In this document: positions 1 through 6,530 of the stretch, piece by piece
How positions within the stretch are numbered: the stretch's first letter is position 1
How the letters are laid out: each line of letters starts with the position of its first letter
Assembly: GCA_051294375.1 (NCBI GenBank)
Contig: JBJCIZ010001592.1
Location: 1 to 6,530 of the forward strand
Length of the DNA: 6,530 bases
Reading direction: 5' to 3'
Source: Paraspadella gotoi
Taxonomy: Eukaryota; Animalia; Chaetognatha
Notes under the pieces: model-generated
Told to the model about the DNA's origin: nothing
Database searches by the model: none
What the model saw: the letters and a program-made list of their open reading frames with translations, nothing else
Made by a program: the position numbers and the translations under genes

Positions 1-303
1 AGTAAAGTGATACAACAATACATGCCAGTCAACGGACATCAAACTTGCGATCACAAGATGTCGCCATCTTTCATAGTTCAAATTATAGTCTGCTTGATCT
101 ATATGTAACGGTTAAAGCAGGCGCCTGATAAAGTAATATGTGATGCCTGATAATTATTATTGAGGTGTTAACATTAAAATAGTAAAGTGTATGATGGCCG
201 AGTGTCATGATCAAAGTATCATGGCCAGGGAACATCGGGTTCGAATCCCGATGATGGTACTCTTATTTTCATTAATTTTATATTGAGTTGGATTCAGGCT
301 ACA
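1..303 (-). repeat. 3' LTR (partial; about 34 bp lie outside the window)
   Basis: Aligns by eye with 5306-5605 (shared blocks include tcacaagatgtcgccatctttcatagttc and ggttaaagcaggcgcctgata). Similarity stops exactly at gattcaggctaca (303), which reads TGTAG on the minus strand. Confidence 0.95.
188..269 (+). ncRNA. tRNA-like / Pol III type-2 promoter cassette inside the 3' LTR (putative)
   Basis: A-box-like TGGCCGAGTG at 195-204; B box GGTTCGAATCC at 238-248 within hairpin CATCGGG-TTCGAAT-CCCGATG (233-253); TTTT at 266-269. Confidence 0.55.
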
Positions 304-311
304 CGCCCCCC
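304..311 (-). promoter_or_regulatory. Polypurine tract (plus-strand primer)
   Basis: Minus strand GGGGGGCG lies immediately before the TGTAG start of the 3' LTR. Confidence 0.8.
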
Positions 312-734
312 AGACTAAATGAGGGGGGAAAAATTATTATTTCCACGATTTTAGGCTAATTCATTTGAAAAATAGTATAACTTTTTAGCCGAGAGAAAGT
401 AAATACAAAAACTAACTATTTAACTAATAATTTGTTTGTTGAGACAAATTGTAAGTGATGGTTATGATGGATGATACTTTAACGAATTAAGGTATTGTTT
501 AACGAATGCAACTTGTTTAAAAATTCGGATTACTAAGTACTTTTGGTTTAAAAGATTCACAACTTGATTGTGATTAACGAGTAAAAAGTAAAAAAAATAA
601 CGAGTGAGATTTGATTAGTAATTAAGATACTAATACAGTTAATCAAAAAGGTTGGGCTCAAAATATTTAACCGTGCTTCGGTTTTAAAATTCGAATAATT
701 GAGTTTGGGAAATGAAATGGCCCATTTGAGACTT

Positions 735-762
735 GGTTCATTGAGGTTCATTGAGGTTCATT
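735..762. repeat. 10-bp tandem repeat (GGTTCATTGA x ~2.8) over the pol stop codon
   Basis: ggttcattga ggttcattga ggttcatt read directly. Confidence 0.85.
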
Positions 763-1199
763 TGATGGATTAAATGTTTCAACACGGGTGCGTACGAGCG
801 TCGAATACTCGCCACGTCTCTTGGCGGTGGGCGTGGCCACGCTGCTCGGTGGGAAAAATTTTCCAGAGAGGTGCGTGAGGATTGAGCGAGGGGAGAGGGG
901 GGCCTCGTTGGCGTTTTGGGAGCAGGGAGTGGCGGGAAATCGATCTCGTAGCCTGGAGGAGGCGTAGAAAAGGTCGACGAAGGAGGGGGAAGAAGAGGGG
1001 GAGGATGAGGAGGAGGAGAGGGAATCGGAGTGGGGGGAGGAGCTTGAGAATTTCCCCGAGTCGACGATCGTAATACTCGTGTCGATGTTGGAGGGATTCT
1101 CGTGCGGCGTCCGGGCGGACGGCCCGGAGGACGAGGTGAGGGAGGCGGGGAGGGCGTATCGGAGGCGGAGTTGTTGTTGTTGTCGCGGTCCATCCACGC

Positions 1200-2230
1200 C
1201 GGTTTCAAACGAGAGATAGATACGTTTTCAGTTCCTCTGCCGGGCAATTCGATCCTGAAGGTTAATTCATCGCGTGAAATCACTCGATATGGGCCCAGAT
1301 ATGGCGCTGAGAGTGGCGGGGCCACGCCTCCGCGGCGGACGAAAACGTGTGAGGCGTTGCGGAGGTTTGTAGGTAAATGAATTTGAGGCTGGCGATGTGT
1401 TGACGTGGCTGTTGGTTGGAGGCGAGACACTTCGAGTCGGAGATTTGAAAGCAGGAGGCGACGTTGGCGGTTCTCGTCAGCGTCACTTCCGGTCTCCAAT
1501 GGAAGTAGCGTTCCGGGCACGGCAATCGATTCGCCGTAAACCAGCTCCGCTGGGGACGCTCCGACGTCGGGTTTTAGCGTCGTTCGAATTGCCAGGAGGG
1601 CGCAGGGGAGGCGCCAGAACCATTCACCGCGGTTTTCGGCGCCGAGCGCTATCAATGATTCTTTTAGACGGCGGTGAAAGCGTTCGACTAAGCCATTGGC
1701 TTGTGGATGATATGCCGTCGTCATTTGATGTTTAATTCCCCATGAACGGAGTAATTGAGACCATGTAGAGGAGAGAAATTGCGAGCCTCTGTCGGTGGTT
1801 ATAATTGATGGTATGCCGAAAGAGGATATCCATCCATGCGTTAGGGCGTCGATGACTGACTTGGCGGAGATGTCCTTTATGGGGATGGCTTGAGGCCATC
1901 GAGTAAAGCGATCTACAATTGTCAACAAATACTTGAAACCATTCGATGGGGGTAGGTGAACGATGTCGACATGTAGGTGGGTAAATCGGCGATCGGGGAG
2001 TTGGAATTGGCCAATCTCTGGTACAGTGTTCTTAGAGACTTTTGCACGTTGGCAGTCGAGACATTCTCTCGCCCACTTGCTGACGTCAGAACGCATCGAC
2101 GGCCAAACGAATTTGTCGCCGATTGTTTGTCGAGTTCGCTCGACGCCGGGATGGCCGAGGCCGTGAACGGCGTCAAAGATCCGCCGGCGCCATGAATAAG
2201 GGACGAATGGGCGGATGGGACCATTGCTGA
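1200..2230 (-). other. Integrase domain of Pol (HHCC, DDE core, GPY module; approximate bounds)
   Basis: HGLGH...CLDC zinc finger; HVDIV, TTDRGSQF, NGLVERFHR catalytic motifs; PYLGPYRV and VSISRLKPA. The domain is uninterrupted in ORF 738..2537. Confidence 0.96.
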
Positions 2231-2459
2231 CATCGACTACTATTTGTTGTTCACCGATTGGGACGCGTCGGAATCGTAGACCTGTCTGTGCATCCTGGAA
2301 AATGCGCTGAAAGTGGTCATAGAATAATGTGAGGCCACTATTGGGGGTGGGGGTTGGTTTTTGGGTAAGGATAATGAGGGAAAAGAATGAGAGCGGAGTA
2401 GAATCAGGTGAAGGGGGAGGTGGAGAAGGGGGAGTGGCTTGTTTTTGTGCATTTGGTCT

Positions 2460-2825
2460 TGACAGTGCGTCGGCAACCACGTTTGCTTTACCGGCCAGAT
2501 ATCGGATATCGGTAGTGAATTCTGCTATGCCCGCCAACTGATAGGTTTGACGGGCAGTGTGTGGTTCAGATTTTTTAGCAAGAGCGGGACGAGAGATTTG
2601 TGGTCGGTATACAGGGTGAAACTGCGGCCTTCAATCATCGGTCGAAAGTGTCGAATCGCGCGGAAGGCCGCCAGCAATTCCCTGTCGAAAGGAGGCCACT
2701 GCTGCTGGTTGGCATGAAGCTTCGCTGAGAAGAAGGATAAAGGCTCCCACCCAGTCGGGCCTCGCTGCTCGAGTACGGCGCCTATCGCTGTGTTGGAGGC
2801 GTCGGCTGTTACGGCGAGTTGAGCA
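2460..2825 (-). other. RNase H domain of Pol (approximate bounds)
   Basis: TADASNTAIGAVLEQ, DRELLAAFRAIRHF, YTDHKSL, NVVADALSR. Confidence 0.93.
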
Positions 2826-3099
2826 TTTGCTCGAGGGTGGTGGAGCATGACGGCTCTGGACAAAGCTTCCTTTGTGGCTTCGAATGCAGCTTGGCATGGT
2901 TCGTCCCACTTGAGGATCTTGGGCTTACTCTTGAGGGCCTCAAACAATGGGTACATGTGCTGGCGGACCTGGGTAAGAATCGCCTGTAATAGTTGATCAT
3001 GCCCAGGAACCTCTGGAGCTCCTTGATGAGGTGGGCGGCGTTGTTTTTTGGATTGCCTCGATACGAGTTGGTAAAGGTGCGATTCCATTTTGATCCACG

Positions 3100-3640
3100 T
3101 GATAGCCCAAGAATTCGAGGGACGATTTACCGAAAACGCATTTTTTCCGGTTTATTACAAGGCCATTCTGGTTTAAGATCTCGAAAACCTCTTTGAGATG
3201 TTGCTCATGTTCGATGTGGTTTGCTGAGGCTACTAAGATATCGTCTATATAGACGAATACGTGAGGTATGTCGGCCAAGATTTCATCCATGAGTCTTTGG
3301 AAAATCTTGCCCCGCATTTTTTTAACCCAAAGGGGTGCGGGGAAAGACAAAAAGGCCAAAGGGGGCAATGACTCCAGTTTTTTTGACATGTTCTTCGGCC
3401 ACTGGAATTTGATGGTAGCCTTTTAGTAAGTCTATCTTACTGAACACTTTTTTACCGGCTAGATTTGCATTGAAGTTGTTCAATGTTTTGACGGGATACT
3501 TATCGTCAGTTGTGATGTTATTTAGCCGTCGATAGTCACCATAGACTCGATAGCCGCCGTCGTGTTTACTGACTACCAGCAACGGTGAGGCCCACTCGCT
3601 TTTGGCGCGCTTGGCAATGCCCAATTGGCAGAGCTTTTCG
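3100..3640 (-). other. Reverse transcriptase domain of Pol (approximate bounds)
   Basis: SEWASPLLVV, DYRRLN, FSKIDLLKGYHQIPV, PFGLF, FQRLMD, catalytic YIDD (3251-3240), KCVF...LEFLG. Confidence 0.96.
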
Positions 3641-3919
3641 AGCTCGGCCTTCGCTACCTCGAGTTTGTCTGGGGCGAGTCTGCGGGCTTGGGATTGGACG
3701 GGTCGACCTGTGGGGATGTAGTGTCGAACCCCGTGCTTTGGTTCCTTGGGTTTGAAGGAGGGTGTACAGAGGTCTGGATAGTTGTCCAGCAGCTTGTAGT
3801 AAGGGTCGTCTAATTGATCTACAAAGTTTACTCTGATTGTTTCTTCTACAGGTGAGTGTTGTGCTCTCAAAATCGAATAATCCTGCAAGTCAAGTAAAAA
3901 ACCATCGCGATGGTTGGGA

Positions 3920-4185
3920 GCAAGGTAGTTTTCGGCCAAAAAATCTGATCCGAGTGGGTTGGGACACGTCTGCAATGGTAAGCCTGTATGGAAATTTTCT
4001 CCCGTCGAGATGGACTTGCACATCTCTATATCCATAACAGGGTATTAGGGTGCCATTTGCAGCTTGCAATTTGGTTGGGGTTTCTCCTTGTTTTCTATCG
4101 TCCTCGGTGGAACTATCAAGACTAAGGCTCCACCATCGATGAGCCAGTTGCAATTGTTTACAGCATCGTGAACGAAGAGAAGGTT
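3920..4185 (-). other. Aspartic protease domain of Pol (approximate bounds)
   Basis: LLFVHD...WLIDGGALV, then KLQAANGTLIPCYG...LTIADVSQP and LGSDFL across three frames. These match the retropepsin active-site, flap and ILGxDFL motifs. Confidence 0.85.
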
Positions 4186-4205
4186 TCCTTGGTCTTTGAG
4201 ATTTT

Positions 4206-4254
4206 GGCCGGGAGCGACGGCGTTCACCTCCGTCCTCCGGCCCTGAAGTTTTCC
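4206..4254 (-). promoter_or_regulatory. Putative -1 programmed ribosomal frameshift signal (gag-pol)
   Basis: G_GAA_AAC in the gag frame (4254-4248), a 5-nt spacer, then a stem-loop GGCCGG..GACGG-loop-CCGTC..CCGGCC (4242-4206). The protease frame is -1 relative to gag. Confidence 0.75.
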
Positions 4255-4814
4255 GCCTTGTTTTTGTAGCAGCCCGGTTCACATTGCCTTGCGGCATCGC
4301 CGAAGGTTTTGTGATAGAAACAAACCTCCACGGAGGTAGTTTTTGCTGCATTTGACGAGCGTGGAGGGTTTGCCTTGTTGGCGGAGAACCTCCTGTTGGG
4401 AAATCGAGTCGACGGGTTGCTGCGGCGGAAAGGTTGTTGGCGTGGACGATTGATGGCATTGATGGAGTCGCCTTCCTCTGCGGCATCTTCGGGCATCAGC
4501 GGTGGGACAGCGGCGTTGATAGTCGACGAGGTGTTGGAGACATGAAGGGTCTGTCCATCCTTGTCGAAATACGAATCCGCTAGTTGTGCTGCTGCTTCAG
4601 CATCGACTTTCTCTACTCGCTCAGCCAGGTTTCGTTGCACTTCAATTGGTAATTCGCGTATCAACAACTCTTTGAGAATGTCGTCGACGCTTACGTCGCC
4701 TGCCTTCTCCTTCATGATCGCGAGAAGTTGTGAAGGGCGACGTCCTTCACGACGGATACCGTCGATTAATGAGGCAGCTTGCTGCGACCTCGTGCGGCCG
4801 TATTCGTATTCGGC
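4224..4814 (-). CDS. gag: Gag (C-terminal part; true start upstream and unresolved, possibly near the ATG at 5120)
   Basis: The frame of ORF 4224..4715 is open back to 4814 and reads YGRTRSQQAASLIDGIRREGRRPSQLLAIMKEKAG...DDILKELLIRELP...AAAQLAD, resembling the Gag core of this lineage. C-terminal CFYHKTFGDAARQCEPGC (4322-4269) is CX2HX9CX3C. Confidence 0.88.
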   Translation of the reverse strand, partial: AEYEYGRTRSQQAASLIDGIRREGRRPSQLLAIMKEKAGDVSVDDILKELLIRELPIEVQRNLAERVEKVDAEAAAQLADSYFDKDGQTLHVSNTSSTINAAVPPLMPEDAAEEGDSINAINRPRQQPFRRSNPSTRFPNRRFSANKANPPRSSNAAKTTSVEVCFYHKTFGDAARQCEPGCYKNKAENFRAGGRR

Positions 4815-5259
4815 TTACAGGTAGTTGGTAAAACTGATTCGCAACGTCTCGTTGGTAGCCCTCGCCAAAAAGGAAGGCGTTTATACATGGCTGCGGAGTT
4901 GTCGGTCAGTTCCACTCATCCGGCGTCGGTCCCGAGGTTTGGGGAGTTGAGGGAGAGTGGGGGTGGGAGAGAAAAGAGTGTGAGAGAGGCAAGAGGGCGC
5001 CTAATATTCGGATTCTCTGTCTTGCCTACCTTGAGGGAGAATGAATTTCCATTGATGGGGCGGCCTCCCGTGGACCGTCAGCTGTGGTGCGATGCACTTA
5101 TTTTGTTTGTTTTGATTCATACGACTTTTTGAGGGCATCAAGAGAGAGCTAGACAGACAGACATGAGTTCTGTTTCAAGGCTAATCGTTTGTTGGATTGC
5201 ATTTTTTCTAAGGCTTGTTTTTTATGCAGAAAGGTTTGGCTTTTAATTTCGTATAGGAA

Positions 5260-5269
5260 GGGTCACGCA
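5260..5269 (-). promoter_or_regulatory. Primer-binding site, tRNA-Trp type
   Basis: Minus strand reads CTACA-AC-TG(C)GTGACCC, 2 nt after the LTR end. Apart from one extra base it equals TGGTGACCC, the complement of the tRNA-Trp 3' end (...GGGUCACCA). Confidence 0.75.
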
Positions 5270-5271
5270 GT

Positions 5272-5605
5272 TGTAGAAAACGGACTTTTTATGTATTCAG
5301 AGAAAAGTGAAAGTGATCAACAATACATTGCAGTCACGGACATCAACTTAGCATCACAAGATGTCGCCATCTTTCATAGTTCAAAATTATAGTCTGCTTG
5401 ATCTATATGTAACCGGTTAAAGCAGGCGCCTGATAAAAGTAATATGTGATCCTGATAATTATTATTTGAGATGTTAACATTAAAATAAGTAAAAGTGTAT
5501 TAATGGCCGAGTGGTCATGATCAATTATCATGGCCAGGGAAACATCGGGTTCGAAATCCCGATGATGACTCCTATTTTTTATATTGAATGTTGATTCAGG
5601 CTACA
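5272..5605 (-). repeat. 5' LTR (complete, 334 bp)
   Basis: Starts tgtag (5272-5276) and ends ctaca (5601-5605): a 5-bp terminal inverted repeat with canonical TG...CA. It is a direct repeat of 1-303 and abuts the PBS. Confidence 0.92.
5496..5580 (+). ncRNA. tRNA-like / Pol III type-2 promoter cassette inside the 5' LTR (putative)
   Basis: A box TGGCCGAGTGG at 5504-5514; hairpin TGGTCATGAT-caatt-ATCATGGCCA (5512-5536); T-arm-like CATCGGG-TTCGAAAT-CCCGATG (5543-5564, one extra A versus the other LTR); T6 at 5575-5580. Confidence 0.55.
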
Positions 5606-5629
5606 AGTCAACTTAACTTGGGGTTTTTT

Positions 5630-5690
5630 TCCATGCAAACTCAATTTCCCACTGCTCGATTCCATGCAAACTTTATATCCGCTGCTCAAT
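5630..5690. repeat. Imperfect 30-31-bp tandem duplication in the flank
   Basis: tccatgcaaactcaatttcccactgctcgat (5630-5660) followed by tccatgcaaactttatatccgctgctcaat (5661-5690). Confidence 0.75.
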
Positions 5691-6530
5691 CACACACTTT
5701 CCTACGACCATAAATTGAATCTGGGATCTATCCATTCAATTATTGATTAATTCATTAATAATGGTTTAAACTTATTAAAAAGACGTCAAACGAGAAGAAG
5801 TGAGACATGTTTTTTTTCCATTTAAACTCATTTCCACTCGCACGATTCATTCGAAACTTACTATGTCCAGGTCAACCGCGATGACACGGGTCGTAGAGGG
5901 CGCGACAGGCAGAGAGAATGTGTTGCGTTGAGTGAGTGTTCGATCCGATCCATCAGGAGTAGATTGGGAGTAAGTGGGAAGAGGTGGACGGGATTGAGCG
6001 GAGGCGGAGACGGGAGCGGAGCGCGATCGGTGTGTTTTGGTGTGTGTTGTGTAATGCTAGGCAGAGTGATGAGGTGGGTCTGGGATGTGATGGTAAAAAT
6101 AATAGTAAGAGATGCCAATCCATGCGTAGGCGCACTCAACAGAATTTAGTAGCGGTGGCACAGGGCGGGAGCGGGGTCGCAGAATGAGATTAGTAGAGTG
6201 CGGATCTGTGATTAGCAGATCGCGAAACTAAATTTTTCAGCTTGTTAATAAATAGACGGTTTATTTACGATTCTATGACAAATCAAATCTGCAAAAAATC
6301 GTAAAATCCCCTTCTTTTAGGAAATTTTACAAATTTAAGTGTTAAATTTTTAGACTTCTTTATACTACCGCGTTTTATATCAGGTGCCGTGGTTTCGAGT
6401 AAAAGTATTGTTACGGAACGGAAAGCTCTAATTAAATAAAACAAAAAATTAATTCGCAAGCCATATCGAAATTAGGTTCCGTTAACCGTTAATTTTCGAG
6501 AAATTATTAATCAATTAATTTAAAAAGTTA

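Larger units (their letters stand above)
738..4254 (-). pseudogene. pol: Pol polyprotein (PR-RT-RNase H-IN), interrupted by multiple frameshifts in this sequence (possibly sequencing errors)
   Basis: Consecutive pieces lie in ORFs 4045..4227, 3890..4486, 3322..4035, 2997..3389, 2809..3000, 2525..3088 and 738..2537, and join into one colinear Gypsy Pol. Confidence 0.93.
1..5605 (-). mobile_element. Ty3/Gypsy LTR retrotransposon, CsRN1/Kabuki/Boudicca-like lineage; near full length, 3' LTR truncated by the window edge
   Basis: Direct repeats at 1-303 and 5272-5605 flank gag and pol. Pol domain order is PR-RT-RH-IN (Gypsy order). PBS and PPT sit next to the LTRs. Gag CHCC motif, tRNA-Trp-type PBS and integrase GPY motif are established hallmarks of the CsRN1 lineage. 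Confidence 0.96.

Noticed and set aside
188-260. Canonical tRNA gene in the LTR
   Set aside because: The T arm is good, but there is no proper D stem, the acceptor stem pairs poorly, and the putative anticodon loop differs between the two copies. Kept only as tRNA-like.
557-751. 64-aa hydrophobic ORF after pol as an env-like gene
   Set aside because: Too short, its composition is explained by AT-richness, and it has no signal peptide, furin site or fusion motif.
748-2909. Alternative-frame minus ORFs (748..1197, 1280..1525, 1922..2233, 2240..2476, 2631..2909) as separate genes
   Set aside because: They overlap the well-supported pol frame and lack independent motifs.
3100-3640. Prokaryotic RT system (retron, DGR, group II intron)
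   Set aside because: RT motifs, flanking protease, RNase H and DDE integrase, and the LTRs identify a Ty3/Gypsy element.
882-5392. Plus-strand ORFs (882, 1102, 1397, 1963, 1977, 2329, 2993, 3625, 3837, 4561, 4779, 5189)
   Set aside because: Short antisense shadows of gag/pol or LTR sequence with no recognisable motifs.
5543-5580. LTR-encoded RNA acting as the element's own RT primer
   Set aside because: Its 3' end (cccgatgatgactcc) does not resemble the GGGTCACCA end needed to pair with the PBS.
5630-5860. CRISPR array
   Set aside because: The repeats are adjacent or degenerate without regular unique spacers, there are no cas genes, and the context is a eukaryotic retroelement.
5861-6187. 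Overlapping short ORFs in the right flank
   Set aside because: Low-complexity translations arising from a G-rich, stop-poor stretch.
6203-6330. Small hairpins GATCTG-N7-CAGATC (6203-6221) and GTAAAAT...ATTTTAC (6301-6330)
   Set aside because: Short stems that are expected by chance, with no supporting context.

Overview
Nearly the whole window (1-5605) is one eukaryotic Ty3/Gypsy LTR retrotransposon on the minus strand, and 5606-6530 is non-coding flank. In element orientation the order is: 5' LTR (5605-5272, 334 bp, TGTAG...CTACA ends), a tRNA-Trp-type primer-binding site, gag with a CX2HX9CX3C (CHCC) motif, a -1 frameshift signal, pol (protease, RT, RNase H, integrase with a long Pro-rich tail), an AT-rich 3' UTR, a polypurine tract, and a 3' LTR cut by the window edge. 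The CHCC motif, Trp-type PBS and GPY motif point to the CsRN1/Kabuki/Boudicca-like lineage. Pol is broken by many small indels, and the two LTRs differ mostly by homopolymer indels. This looks more like long-read sequencing error than old decay. The most unusual observation is that both LTRs carry, antisense to the element, a tRNA-like RNA polymerase III cassette (A box, B box in a T-arm hairpin at tRNA spacing, second hairpin, oligo-T terminator).
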